A stretch of 64,000 bases of DNA. Origin: an uncultured Gammaproteobacteria bacterium (GTDB lineage: Bacteria; Patescibacteriota; Patescibacteriia; UBA2591; UBA6264). The notes below the pieces were generated by a model. It saw nothing but the letters and a program-made list of their open reading frames with translations. It searched no databases and was not told the DNA's origin. The stretch spans positions 24,152-88,151 of the forward strand of contig CAZQVF010000006.1 of NCBI GenBank assembly GCA_964596735.1, written 5' to 3'. The first letter of the stretch is position 1. Each line of letters opens with the position of its first letter. Both the position numbers and the translations under genes were made by a program. Below, piece by piece: positions 1 to 10,343 of this stretch.

Positions 1-33
1 CCATGAATTAAATCATAAAAAATCATATATTTC

Positions 34-1221
34 TTATTTCCAAGAGCCTATCTTTTCAATCTCTTTATAATGTTTAAGTTTTTTTCTTCTTTCTAATTCT
101 TTAAAAATATTTTGGCTAATCATCTCCACTTGTTTATAGGTTTCAATAGTAATACTTTTTTCCAAAAGAGAAAGTATTTTTAAAAATCGATTTGTGTTTT
201 TCTCAATAATTCCAAAATTCCACCAAGGTTTAGCCGAGGCCCACCAATATTGATCCGAAGCAAGAGCCTTGTCTAAAAGCTTTCTGGCCTCTTTATAATT
301 AGAATTATCTCTAGCTTGTTTTATAAGACTAATAAACAAATTAGTTAATTGCCATTGATATTGATGAAGTTGATTTTCTGGATGTTGCCAAAGAGGATAT
401 GGAATCTTTTTTTGTAAATCCTTAATCTCTGTTGACCAGCTTGAAGGCAAGGGTTCAACTTCTATTAAAGGTTTATTTTTAAACATATCTAGGTATTCAG
501 AATAAGTAATGGTTTGTATTTTAGAACTTGTCAAAATTTCAGCCCATAAATCAGCTAAATGTTTACGATGGTGTCCAAGGTTTTCCCCATCAAAAGCAGT
601 AATTAAAAACTTATCTGACCGGCCATCTTTTTTAATAGATGAAAAAAACCTATCAATTGAATCTAACCATTTTCCAAAAAAAAGTAAACTTAAACCACGA
701 TTACGAAAAACTATTTTAAGATTTTTTGTTTTATAAATCTTATCAAATAAAACCTGGCCAAATTGTCCTTGATAAGCAATTTCATCTAAAACAATCCATT
801 GATATCCTAAGCCTTGAATAACCCGAGCAGTTTTTTTATCATAAGCCAACTCAGGCAGAAAAAAACCTTTTGGCTGCCAACCTTTACCAAAATATTTTTG
901 ATTAATATCTTCATTAAGTTTTATTTGACGACTTACCTCTGCCTTTGGTAAAAGGGGTAAAAGTGGATGATAAGCAGCTGAGCCGACCAATTCTATCTGC
1001 CCCTTTTTAGCCAAATGTTTAATTTGCTCTAAAAAACTTTGATGGCCATATTCAACTAATTGCTCGGTTAAAGACGCGCAAATATTTAAACTAAGTCTGA
1101 TATTAGGATTTGATTGTAAAACAGCTAAAATCCTATTATATGATTCTTTAACAACCTGGTCAATAATTTCTTTTTTTTGACCAGGGGGTTGATAAATATG
1201 TAAGAGATTGGCCCAATACAT
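34..1221 (-). CDS. Glycoside hydrolase family 57 protein
   Basis: N-terminal HIYQP, ELVGSAAYHPLLPLL, GFFLPE and FDGENLGHH motifs of GH57. Confidence 0.85.
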   Translation of the reverse strand: MYWANLLHIYQPPGQKKEIIDQVVKESYNRILAVLQSNPNIRLSLNICASLTEQLVEYGHQSFLEQIKHLAKKGQIELVGSAAYHPLLPLLPKAEVSRQIKLNEDINQKYFGKGWQPKGFFLPELAYDKKTARVIQGLGYQWIVLDEIAYQGQFGQVLFDKIYKTKNLKIVFRNRGLSLLFFGKWLDSIDRFFSSIKKDGRSDKFLITAFDGENLGHHRKHLADLWAEILTSSKIQTITYSEYLDMFKNKPLIEVEPLPSSWSTEIKDLQKKIPYPLWQHPENQLHQYQWQLTNLFISLIKQARDNSNYKEARKLLDKALASDQYWWASAKPWWNFGIIEKNTNRFLKILSLLEKSITIETYKQVEMISQNIFKELERRKKLKHYKEIEKIGSWK

Positions 1222-1223
1222 AA

Positions 1224-2708
1224 CTATTTTTTGTTATTTGTTTTTCTTTTTCGAATTGCTTTTCGATAAAGAGTAATATATTTTTTAGCTGGTAAAGTCC
1301 AAGAATACGACTCCTTCATTGCTCGACGAACTAAGGTTTGCCAGGTGCTTTGTCTTTCATAATTTTCCAAAGCTCGAGCAAGGGCAAATAATAAATCCTT
1401 TGAACCATAAGAAGTAAAAACAAAGCCGTTTCCTCTTCCCGTCTTTGGATTATAGTCAGTAACAGTATCTGATAAGCCCCCAACTGCATGAACAACAGGA
1501 ATTGATCCATAACGCAAAGAAATTAATTGGGAAATTCCGCAAGGCTCAAAACGCGAAGGCATTAAATAAATGTCTGAAGCAGCATAAATCTTTCGAGCAA
1601 TATCTTCGCGGAATGGTGAAACAAATAATAATTTTTTAACATGTTTTCGTTTAATCACTCGCAAAATATCAACATAAATTCCCCCTCCACTGCCAATAAT
1701 AGCAACTTGTAAATTTTGTTTTAATAAGAAATCTAAAAGCTTAATAATCAATTCAAATCCCTTTTGTTCAGTTAAACGATTGGCTAAGCCAATCATGGGG
1801 GTATTTGGATTTATTTCCAACCCATATTTTTCTTGGAGAATTAATTTATTTTCTACTTTTTTCTCTAATAAATCAGCGTCGTAATTAACATAAACGTCTG
1901 GATCAAATTTGGGATTAAAAATAGCATAATCAACTCCATTAATAATCCCATAAACATCTCTCTTCCTTCTTCGTAAACGATTGTCTAATTGACAACCAAA
2001 CTCTGGGGTCATTAGTTCCTGAGCATGGCGCAAACTAACTGTATTGATAATATCTGCATGAATAATGGCTCTTTTAGCAAAATTTAATAATTCTAATCTC
2101 TCTAAATTTTCTGTTGGCAGGCCCTTACCTTCATCTCTTTTTTCTAAAGGAATCTTCCACCAATCCTCTGGACCCTGAAAAAGTAAATTATGAATGGTAA
2201 AAAGCGTGGCCACACTTTTTAGTTTCTCATCCTTATGATACTTCATTTTTAAATAACCAGGAATCAAGCCTGTGTGCCAATCGTGGCAATGAATTATCTG
2301 TGCGTCAAACTTTAAAATTTTGATTAATTCAATCGCTGCTAAATTAAAAAGAAGGAACCTCAGACCATTGTCTGGATAGGCATACATTCCTAGACCCCCT
2401 TTTTGCCGAGAACCAAAAAGCTTGCGCTGACAGACAAAAAAGACCGGATAGTTATCCGGACAAATAATTTTTTTAAAGCCAAATCTATATTTTTGGCCAG
2501 CAAATTCTAAGGTTATTCGGGCGCTTAGATTTTCCAAAGGCCAATCCTTGTTCTTTATAAAACCATAATAAGGGGTAATCACCATTACCTGATGACCTAA
2601 ACGCCGCAAAGCCCGCGGCAAAGACCTGGTAACATCTCCTAATCCTCCACTTTTAGAATAAGGTGAAATTTCAGAACTAACGTGAACAATTTTTAAGGGT
2701 CTTCTCAT
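1224..2708 (-). CDS. glgA: Glycogen/starch synthase (GT5)
   Basis: KSGGLGDV, HCHDWHT, FTIHNL and PSRFEPCG motifs. Confidence 0.92.
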   Translation of the reverse strand: MRRPLKIVHVSSEISPYSKSGGLGDVTRSLPRALRRLGHQVMVITPYYGFIKNKDWPLENLSARITLEFAGQKYRFGFKKIICPDNYPVFFVCQRKLFGSRQKGGLGMYAYPDNGLRFLLFNLAAIELIKILKFDAQIIHCHDWHTGLIPGYLKMKYHKDEKLKSVATLFTIHNLLFQGPEDWWKIPLEKRDEGKGLPTENLERLELLNFAKRAIIHADIINTVSLRHAQELMTPEFGCQLDNRLRRRKRDVYGIINGVDYAIFNPKFDPDVYVNYDADLLEKKVENKLILQEKYGLEINPNTPMIGLANRLTEQKGFELIIKLLDFLLKQNLQVAIIGSGGGIYVDILRVIKRKHVKKLLFVSPFREDIARKIYAASDIYLMPSRFEPCGISQLISLRYGSIPVVHAVGGLSDTVTDYNPKTGRGNGFVFTSYGSKDLLFALARALENYERQSTWQTLVRRAMKESYSWTLPAKKYITLYRKAIRKRKTNNKK

Positions 2709-3787
2709 AAATATCCTAGATAATGACTAGCAATAATAAACATGGCGTGAGACCAAGATAAAGGATAAATACCTTGGCGGAAATCTTCAAAAATTTGTTC
2801 AGGAATATAATTTTGATAACCATCTTTTTCTATTCTTTTTAAAACCCACTCATAATACTCAAGAGCCCCCTTCTTGTTCCCGCTTAAAGCATAACATATT
2901 GATAACCAAAAATTCAAAATCGGCCAGGCCCCGCTGCCTTCTTGAGAAGAGCCTTCGCCGTCATAATAATCAAACTGGTAACGATGAACCCCTCCATTAA
3001 TCACTAACTTTTCTTCTATCCTTTTAATGGTTTCTCTAATTTCCTCGCTCTGCGGTTCATAAATTTCAAAAGGCCAAACCAACCCAAGCAACGAAGCGTC
3101 TATGTTTGAATCGTTAATTTTACCAAAAGTTCGATAAAAATATTTTTTCTCTTTATTATAGGCTTTTTTAATTTGTTCTATCATCTGCCAGGCTGTCTCT
3201 TTCCAAAGAGCAACCGGTTGTATTTGATAGGCTAATAACAATCCTCTTGCACAAGCCGCCAAAGAATAAGTAAAATTATTTTTCATAGTTACTGAGGTAT
3301 GACGATGAAACTCCTCCCAAATATCAATCGTATGCGTATCAAAATGAAATTTATCCCAATGATGACAAAGCCCATTACTTAAACGTTCTATTAAATCTTT
3401 ATATTTTAAAGCTTGTTTAATGTCTTCTTTAAAATGCCAATGAATTGCCCAAAGAATCTCTCCCGCCTGATCGGGCTGGAAAGAGCGCCCCATACTCCCC
3501 AATCGACCATTAGTTGCATAATTAGCATAGAGTATTTTATTCCTTTGAAAATCTTGTGGCGCATGATCAAGCCAGGAAAAAAATGGCTCTTGAATGGGAA
3601 TATTTAAAATATCAGCCGCAACACAGACAAAAGCTGCGTCGCGTGGCCAGACCCAACGATAATTAGCTGCTTCCCGATGGACATATGGCTTATCAATGTT
3701 TGCCGCAACAATAGCCCCGTTCTCTAAGGCACAATCTTTAAAAACTTCTCTTGACGTCTCAATTAATTTTTTAATGTCTTTCCTCAT
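2705..3787 (-). CDS. GH15-like glucoamylase/glycoside hydrolase
   Basis: GAIVAA..YRWVWPRDAAF, IDASLLGL and PLSWSHAM motifs; 4-bp overlap with glgA. Confidence 0.82.
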   Translation of the reverse strand: MRKDIKKLIETSREVFKDCALENGAIVAANIDKPYVHREAANYRWVWPRDAAFVCVAADILNIPIQEPFFSWLDHAPQDFQRNKILYANYATNGRLGSMGRSFQPDQAGEILWAIHWHFKEDIKQALKYKDLIERLSNGLCHHWDKFHFDTHTIDIWEEFHRHTSVTMKNNFTYSLAACARGLLLAYQIQPVALWKETAWQMIEQIKKAYNKEKKYFYRTFGKINDSNIDASLLGLVWPFEIYEPQSEEIRETIKRIEEKLVINGGVHRYQFDYYDGEGSSQEGSGAWPILNFWLSICYALSGNKKGALEYYEWVLKRIEKDGYQNYIPEQIFEDFRQGIYPLSWSHAMFIIASHYLGYL

Positions 3788-3833
3788 AATTAAATTACTT
3801 CATTATCTATACAATATAATATTTAATTTCAAG
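3786..3833. repeat. Dispersed intergenic element, copy A (promoter-like on minus strand)
   Basis: ATAATTAAATTAC...ATTTAATTTCAAG shared with 10265 and 15602. Confidence 0.6.
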
Positions 3834-3839
3834 CTTTGC

Positions 3840-4319
3840 TTATAATTTAAAATTTTTTGTTTGCGCACAAGTAAGGGCAATAGCTAGGGCGTCAGCCACA
3901 TCATCTGGACGAGGTGTTTCCTTTAATTTAAAAACTATTTTTACCATTTGCTGAATTTGATTTTTAGAAGCTCGTCCATAACCAGTTAAAGCTTGTTTAA
4001 CCTGGAGAGGCGTAAATTCACTAACCTTAATTTTGTTCTCTGCTGCAGCTAAAATAGCAACGCCCCTTGCCTCGCTGACCCTCATTGCAGTTTTGACATT
4101 TTTAGCAAAATAAATATTTTCTATAGCAATTTGATCTGGTTTATTTTTTTTTATCAATGCTTCTATTCCATGATAAATCTGAGACAATCTTTTAGAAAAA
4201 TCTTCTTTTTTAGAGGTTTTGATGCAACCATAATCAAGAGCTATCAATTCATCATTTTTAAAAGAAATAATTGCATAACCAATGATTGCTGTACCTGGAT
4301 CAATGCCTAAAATAATCAT
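3840..4319 (-). CDS. ruvC: Holliday junction resolvase RuvC
   Basis: ILGIDPG, AIE and DDVADALAIA motifs. Confidence 0.95.
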   Translation of the reverse strand: MIILGIDPGTAIIGYAIISFKNDELIALDYGCIKTSKKEDFSKRLSQIYHGIEALIKKNKPDQIAIENIYFAKNVKTAMRVSEARGVAILAAAENKIKVSEFTPLQVKQALTGYGRASKNQIQQMVKIVFKLKETPRPDDVADALAIALTCAQTKNFKL

Positions 4320-4336
4320 TTTACTTATCTAAAAAA

Positions 4337-5056
4337 TTATTCAATATTTGTATAATAATCATTAATGTCTGGATTATCATCAAGTTCGGCAAGAGTGGCA
4401 TTAACCTTTTTTTTTGATTCTTTGTCAATTTTAATTAAATCTTTAGCAAACCACTCTATCTGAGCATAATCTATTTTTACTCCCTGATTTTCTAATCCCT
4501 TTTTTATTTTTTCTAAATCCTCTAATTTAGTGTAAATAGCTAATTCATCTCCCTCTGTTCTTATGTCTTCAGCGTTAAGATCAATCGCTTTTAATTCAAT
4601 CTCTTCTTTCTTTTTTAAATCATCAGTAACAATTCTAATAATTCCCCTTTTTTCAAACATCCAGCAAACAGAATTTTGACCAGCTAAGCTTCCTCCATGT
4701 TTATTAAAAATCCGTCGCAAATTAGCCACGGTTCTATTCTTATTGTCAGTCAAAGCTTCAACAATAAATGAAGTTTTATTAGGACCAAATGCTTCATAAA
4801 TCACCTCTTCAATCTGCCCGCCAGTTGATTCTCCTGTTCCTCTCTTAATTGCTCTTTCAATATTATCTTTTGGTAAATTAGCTTTTCTTGCGTTTTCAAT
4901 GGCTAAACGTAATTTAAAATTACTGTCTGAATCTCCACCGCCCTCACGAGCGGCAATAGTAATCACATTGCCTAATTTTGTAAACATAGCCCCTCTCTTA
5001 GCGTCAAGCGCCCCTTTAGAATGCTTTAATTTTGCCCATTTTGAATGGCCACTCAT
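4337..5056 (-). CDS. yebC: YebC/PmpR family protein
   Basis: MSGHSKWA start and TDNKNRT; adjacent to ruvC as usual. Confidence 0.95.
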   Translation of the reverse strand: MSGHSKWAKLKHSKGALDAKRGAMFTKLGNVITIAAREGGGDSDSNFKLRLAIENARKANLPKDNIERAIKRGTGESTGGQIEEVIYEAFGPNKTSFIVEALTDNKNRTVANLRRIFNKHGGSLAGQNSVCWMFEKRGIIRIVTDDLKKKEEIELKAIDLNAEDIRTEGDELAIYTKLEDLEKIKKGLENQGVKIDYAQIEWFAKDLIKIDKESKKKVNATLAELDDNPDINDYYTNIE

Positions 5057-5181
5057 AAAAATGTAGATAAATATTCTTTATTAAACAACTCTTATTATAT
5101 CAAAATCAACCGCTTTATACAATAGACAACCCTTAATTTTAGTGTTAAAATACTAACATATTTAAAAAGTAATGTTTTTCT

Positions 5182-6243
5182 ATGAGTTTTCTTGATAACA
5201 TTAAACAAATTCAAAAATTAGATAAATCTAATATGTCTGATTTTATTGCTGATTTACCAGAAAAATGCTCAAAAGCCTATACTTTAGCCCAAAAGATCAT
5301 TTTACCTCAAGACTATCAAGATATAAACATTGAAAATGTTGTTATCTGTGGCATGGGCGGTTCGGGAATTGGTGGAGAATTGGTTAAAAATATTATTGCT
5401 GATCAGCTTAAAAAACCTATTATTATCATCCGGGACTGGAATCCCCCTAAAATGATTAATAAAAATAGTTTAGTTTTTCTAGTGAGTTATTCAGGCAATA
5501 CTAAGGAAACATTATCTTGTGCAGAAATAGCCCTTCGGGCAAAAGCTAAAATTTTTGTCATTACTCAGGGCGGAGAATTAAAAAGATTTGCTCAAAAAAA
5601 TAAATTACCTATTTTTAATTTTCAATATAAAACGCCTCCTCGAGCCAGTTTAGGTTATCTTTTAATGCCTATTTTGATTGTTTTAGAAAAAAGTAAACTT
5701 ATTAACCTCAAAAAGCTACAAATACCTCACAATTTAAAAATATTAAAAGAATTTAACCAGCTCTTCTATCCTCAAACGTCAACTGAAAAAAACATTGCCA
5801 AACATTTAGCCTATTTTGTCTTTGATCACCTGCCTATTGTTATTGCCCCGACAAATCTTTCTGGAGTGGCTAGGCGTTGGAAAACACAATTTGCCGAAAA
5901 TGGCAAAAATTTTTCTTTCTTTGAAACTGAACCAGCCATTTTTCATAATTTTATTGAAAGCAGGTTTCCCCAACGCTTAAAAGATGATTTTGCTTTTTTA
6001 ATCTTAGAAAATCTTAAAAAACAAACAAAATCTAAAAAATCTTTAAAAGAATTTGAAAAGCTTTTAGAGGAACAATGTATTTGTTGGGAAAAAATTCCTC
6101 AATTTGGCAAAAATATCTTCACCCAGATACTCTCTTTGGTTTTACTTGGTGATTGGATTAGTTTTTATCTAGCCATGCTCAATCAGGTAGACCCGACACC
6201 TGTACAACAAATTGAAGCAATAAAAAGAAGCTCAAAAAAATAA
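5182..6243 (+). CDS. Bifunctional phosphoglucose/phosphomannose isomerase (SIS domain)
   Basis: GMGGSGIGG, SYSGNTKET, RWKTQFAEN and DPTPV motifs. Confidence 0.88.
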   Translation: MSFLDNIKQIQKLDKSNMSDFIADLPEKCSKAYTLAQKIILPQDYQDINIENVVICGMGGSGIGGELVKNIIADQLKKPIIIIRDWNPPKMINKNSLVFLVSYSGNTKETLSCAEIALRAKAKIFVITQGGELKRFAQKNKLPIFNFQYKTPPRASLGYLLMPILIVLEKSKLINLKKLQIPHNLKILKEFNQLFYPQTSTEKNIAKHLAYFVFDHLPIVIAPTNLSGVARRWKTQFAENGKNFSFFETEPAIFHNFIESRFPQRLKDDFAFLILENLKKQTKSKKSLKEFEKLLEEQCICWEKIPQFGKNIFTQILSLVLLGDWISFYLAMLNQVDPTPVQQIEAIKRSSKK

Positions 6244-6246
6244 ATA

Positions 6247-7926
6247 ATGTTGAATATTTTGTTTGTTAAAATTAAAAAAAACTGGCAATGGTTAGGTTAT
6301 TTTTTTATTTTTGCCCTGGGTTTTATTGTTTTTCTCTACCTTCTTATTCCCCCGGGGATTCTTTGTCCAGATAGTTTTTATCACACTAAGATGGCTTTGA
6401 TGATAAAGGATCAAGGCCTGATTCAAGATTTTCCCTGGACTCAATTTACTACCTATAAAGACCTGTTTGTTGATCATCATTTTGTCTATCATTTATTTTT
6501 AATTCCCTTTCTTAGTTTGCCCACCCCAGATAATCTGGATACTTTTTCAGCAGAACTTGACCCTTTAATTAAGGCTAAACTAGGGACTGCATTTTTTGCT
6601 GCCCTGGTTTTTTTGTTTATTTATTGGCTTTGTCGACGCTTAAAAATAAAGCTGCCTTTTGTTTGGACTTTATCTGGATTTTTGGTTTCTTATTTTATCC
6701 TTCGCCTTTCCCTTATCAGGGCCCCAGCTTTATCTTTAATTCTTCTTATTCTTGGCTTTTATTTTATTTTAAAAAAGAAGTATTTAGGACTATTCTTTGT
6801 TTGTTTCTTTTATGTCTGGACTCATGGCACCTGGCCTTTAATATTAATTGTCGCTATTTTATATTGTCTATCTCAAACTGTTAAAAATTTAACTATCAAT
6901 TGGACTAATATATTTATTGAAAATAAAAAGAGGTTATTTCAAACCATTAAATACGCTTTTATTTACTTTTTTGAAAAAAGTAATGTAAAAATATTATCAA
7001 CCTGTATAATGGGTCTTTTCTTGGGCCTGGTTATCAACCCCTACTTTCCAAAAACACTGCCTTTTTACTGGTTTCAAACAATCAAAATCGGTGTTTTAAA
7101 TTATCAAAACAAAATTGGAGTAGGGGCTGAATGGTATTCTCCTGATCCCCAAATGCTTTTCTTTAGTGTTTTACCAATTCTTATCCTCTGGTTAATCTCT
7201 CTGGCCTGGTTTATTACTAAACAAAAAGGACAAAATTCTTCATCCTGGTTTTTCGTTTTTGTCTCTACTTTTTTTCTTCTCTATACATTAAAGGCGAGAC
7301 GTAACATTGAATATTTTGTCCCCTCAGCCATCTTTTTGAATGGACTCATTTTTACTCAAATAGCAAAAAAAATAAATTGGGGAGCTCTTAAAAAACATTT
7401 AAAAGAATTTTTTCAAGGACCAGACAATATTTTCTATTTTATCACTACGATTATTTCAAGTATTTTAGTAATCTTTTTTATTGGATTTTATCTTAATTTT
7501 AGTATTAAAAACCTTTTCCAATCTTATACTAATGAATCTCGTAGCTTAAATTCTCTGCAAATGGCTAGTCATTGGATAAAAACTAATGTCCCATCAGAGG
7601 AAATTATCTTTCAAAGTAATTGGGCAATCTTCCCTCATTTATTCTATTTTAATACTCAAAATTATTATATTAATGGTCTAGACCAAACCTTTATGTACGA
7701 AAAGGACAAAGAACTTTATCAAGACTGGCTAGATTTGGTTTCTTATCATGTTGATCCAAATCAAACGGCTCAAATCTTAAAAGAAAAATTCAAGGCTTCT
7801 TATGTTCTGGTTGACAAAAATGATGAACGATTTACTAGATTAATAGAAAAATCAAAATTTTTAAAACAAGTTTATAAAGACGACCAAGCCAGTATTTATC
7901 AAATAGATTTTAACTATGTCCATTAA
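6247..7926 (+). CDS. Polytopic membrane protein, probable GT-C type glycosyltransferase
   Basis: Many TM segments; DSFYH motif after first TM; C-terminal soluble domain; between sugar genes. Confidence 0.55.
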   Translation: MLNILFVKIKKNWQWLGYFFIFALGFIVFLYLLIPPGILCPDSFYHTKMALMIKDQGLIQDFPWTQFTTYKDLFVDHHFVYHLFLIPFLSLPTPDNLDTFSAELDPLIKAKLGTAFFAALVFLFIYWLCRRLKIKLPFVWTLSGFLVSYFILRLSLIRAPALSLILLILGFYFILKKKYLGLFFVCFFYVWTHGTWPLILIVAILYCLSQTVKNLTINWTNIFIENKKRLFQTIKYAFIYFFEKSNVKILSTCIMGLFLGLVINPYFPKTLPFYWFQTIKIGVLNYQNKIGVGAEWYSPDPQMLFFSVLPILILWLISLAWFITKQKGQNSSSWFFVFVSTFFLLYTLKARRNIEYFVPSAIFLNGLIFTQIAKKINWGALKKHLKEFFQGPDNIFYFITTIISSILVIFFIGFYLNFSIKNLFQSYTNESRSLNSLQMASHWIKTNVPSEEIIFQSNWAIFPHLFYFNTQNYYINGLDQTFMYEKDKELYQDWLDLVSYHVDPNQTAQILKEKFKASYVLVDKNDERFTRLIEKSKFLKQVYKDDQASIYQIDFNYVH

Positions 7927-8677
7927 AGCCCCTGACTATAAAATTGTTGCGGTTCTTCCTGCTTACAACGCAGAAAAAACATTAAAAAAAACCTTACATG
8001 ACATTGATCAAAATTGGGTCGATGAGATTATTTTAGTTGATGATGCCAGCCAAGATAATACTGTAGACCTAAGTAAAAAACTTGGGTTAAAAACATTTAA
8101 ACACAATAAAAACTTAGGATATGGAGGAAATCAAAAAACTTGCTATGAACAAGCTTTAAAATTAAAGGCTGATATTATAATTATGATTCATCCTGATCAC
8201 CAATATGATCCTACTTATATTCCTCAAATTGTTCTTCCTATTATCCGAGGTAAGGCTGATGCTGTTTTTGGCTCACGAATAATGGTTAAAGGGTGGGCCC
8301 TAGAAGGAGGAATGCCTTTATGGAAATATTTAGCTAATATCTTCTTAACCAAGATAGAAAATCTTTTTCTGGGCTTAAAACTCACTGAATATCACTCTGG
8401 TTTTCGGGCTTATCATTCTAAAATTTTTAAAAATATCCCTTTTAAAAAATTTTCAGATGACTTTGTTTTCGATACTGAAATTATTGTTCAACTCAAAATT
8501 CACAAATTTAAAATTAGAGAAATTCCTATTACCACTCGCTATTTTAAAGACGCCTCTATGATTGGATTTAGAAGGGGCGCTCAATATGGAATGGATATTT
8601 TAAAAGTACTTTTTAATTTTACTTTATCACGACTAAATATAAAAAAAGATCCCCGTTTTAAAAAAAATGACAATTAA
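7916..8677 (+). CDS. GT2 glycosyltransferase (DPM synthase-like)
   Basis: VLPAYNAE, LVDDASQD, GYGGNQK and SGFRAY motifs. Confidence 0.9.
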   Translation: MSIKAPDYKIVAVLPAYNAEKTLKKTLHDIDQNWVDEIILVDDASQDNTVDLSKKLGLKTFKHNKNLGYGGNQKTCYEQALKLKADIIIMIHPDHQYDPTYIPQIVLPIIRGKADAVFGSRIMVKGWALEGGMPLWKYLANIFLTKIENLFLGLKLTEYHSGFRAYHSKIFKNIPFKKFSDDFVFDTEIIVQLKIHKFKIREIPITTRYFKDASMIGFRRGAQYGMDILKVLFNFTLSRLNIKKDPRFKKNDN

Positions 8678-10268
8678 ACAAATTAGACAAAATATAGATA
8701 AAAAAGAATGGTCATTTTTAGCCATCATTGCCTTTCTTTTAATTTTTATCACTTCTTTACCCTATGTTTATGGTTATTTAACTGCTCCAGAAGATACCTA
8801 TTTTTTAGCTGTTTCTGGTGTCAACCGTGGTGATTATGCTAATTATTTTTCCTATATTGAACAAACTAGAGATGGGCACTTATTATTTAAAGATCTTTAC
8901 ACTACAGAGCCGCAACCAAGAGTAATCCTTAATTTATTCTTCCTAGGGCTTGGTCTTTTTGCTAAATTTTTTAATCTTTCAGCTATTGCTATTTTTCAAA
9001 TTAGTAGAATTATCTTAATTCCTATCTTTGTTTTCATTTTTTATCTTTTTATTTCTCTTTTATTTAAAGAAAAATTAAAAAGGAAATTGGGATTAATCTT
9101 TATTTGTTTCTCGGCTGGATTAGGAGGTTTATTCTCTTTATTTCTTACCTTTCCTACTTTGCAAATACCAATAGATTTATGGATTCCTGAAGCATTTACT
9201 TTTTTAAGTTTATTTCTTAATCCTCTTTATATTTTTTCTTTTATATTAATAATCTTTGCGTTCTTTTTAATACTTTTAGCCAAGAAAAATGCTTCTTATA
9301 AATATAGTTTTTTAGCTGGGGTCTGCGGATTAATTCTTTTTCAAATTCATCCTTATGACATTCCTATTATTTTTCTAACTTTATTTATTTTTTGGATACT
9401 ATCAAGCATAGTAGAAAAACGTATCAATTGGAAACTTTTTAAACATTATTTGGTTTTTATCTTGGTTTCCTCGCCGTCAGTCATATACTATTTTTGGCTT
9501 TCCACAAGCCATTTTGTCACTGTAGAACGCCTTGCCCAAGCCTCCTCTCTTTTAATTACTCCATCAATTTTAGCTTTTATTTTAGGATATGGTTTTATTC
9601 TGCCTTTGACTTTAATTGGAATATATGTCTTTTTGAAAAAAAAATCTTCTTATCTTCCACTTTTGATAGCCTGGCTCATGGTCCATCTTGCCCTTCTTTG
9701 CCTTCCTTTACCCCTTCAAAGAAAAATGACAGAAGGATTACATATTATTCTTTGTGTTTTTGCTGTTGAAGGAATATGGCTTATTCATCAAAAATTTAAT
9801 TTATTAAAATATAAGTTTTTGTGGCTTGTTATTTTTATCTTTCTTTTTAATTTTTCAAATATCTTTATAATAAAAAGAGACATTAATTATTATAAGACTT
9901 CATATTTTTCTATCCCAAAAGAGTTAATCTCTTCTATGAAATGGCTAAGAATTAACTCCCCCAAAGAAGCAAATGTTATTAGTAATTCTGACATGATTAC
10001 CAACAACCTAATTCCTGCTTTTTCAGTAAGAAAAATTTATTTTGGTCATCGAATAGAAACTATTCAGGCGGCAAAAAAAGAAAAAGAGGTTTCTTGGTTT
10101 TTTGAAACAAATAAAAATGACGATGAAAAATATTCTTTTCTTCAAAAAGAAAAATTAGATTATGTTTTTATAAATAAAAAAGAAGAATATATTTTTCACC
10201 CTAGAGAAAAACCATATTTAAAAATTATCTTTGATAATAATACTGCTAGTATTTTTCAAGTTCTATAA
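8667..10268 (+). CDS. Polytopic membrane protein, probable GT-C type glycosyltransferase
   Basis: About 12 TM segments, DYANYFSYIEQ loop, HPYD, C-terminal GH-containing domain. Confidence 0.55.
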   Translation: MTIKQIRQNIDKKEWSFLAIIAFLLIFITSLPYVYGYLTAPEDTYFLAVSGVNRGDYANYFSYIEQTRDGHLLFKDLYTTEPQPRVILNLFFLGLGLFAKFFNLSAIAIFQISRIILIPIFVFIFYLFISLLFKEKLKRKLGLIFICFSAGLGGLFSLFLTFPTLQIPIDLWIPEAFTFLSLFLNPLYIFSFILIIFAFFLILLAKKNASYKYSFLAGVCGLILFQIHPYDIPIIFLTLFIFWILSSIVEKRINWKLFKHYLVFILVSSPSVIYYFWLSTSHFVTVERLAQASSLLITPSILAFILGYGFILPLTLIGIYVFLKKKSSYLPLLIAWLMVHLALLCLPLPLQRKMTEGLHIILCVFAVEGIWLIHQKFNLLKYKFLWLVIFIFLFNFSNIFIIKRDINYYKTSYFSIPKELISSMKWLRINSPKEANVISNSDMITNNLIPAFSVRKIYFGHRIETIQAAKKEKEVSWFFETNKNDDEKYSFLQKEKLDYVFINKKEEYIFHPREKPYLKIIFDNNTASIFQVL

Positions 10269-10337
10269 TTAAAATACATTAATTTATATACAATGGAATT
10301 TAATTTCAAGGTTCCTAAGCGTAGCGAAGGGTTCTTA
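10265..10337. repeat. Dispersed intergenic element, copy B
   Basis: Closely matches 15602-15672 including TTAATTTCAAGGTTCC...CGAAGG...GGTTCTTA. Confidence 0.65.
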
Positions 10338-10343
10338 TAATCT

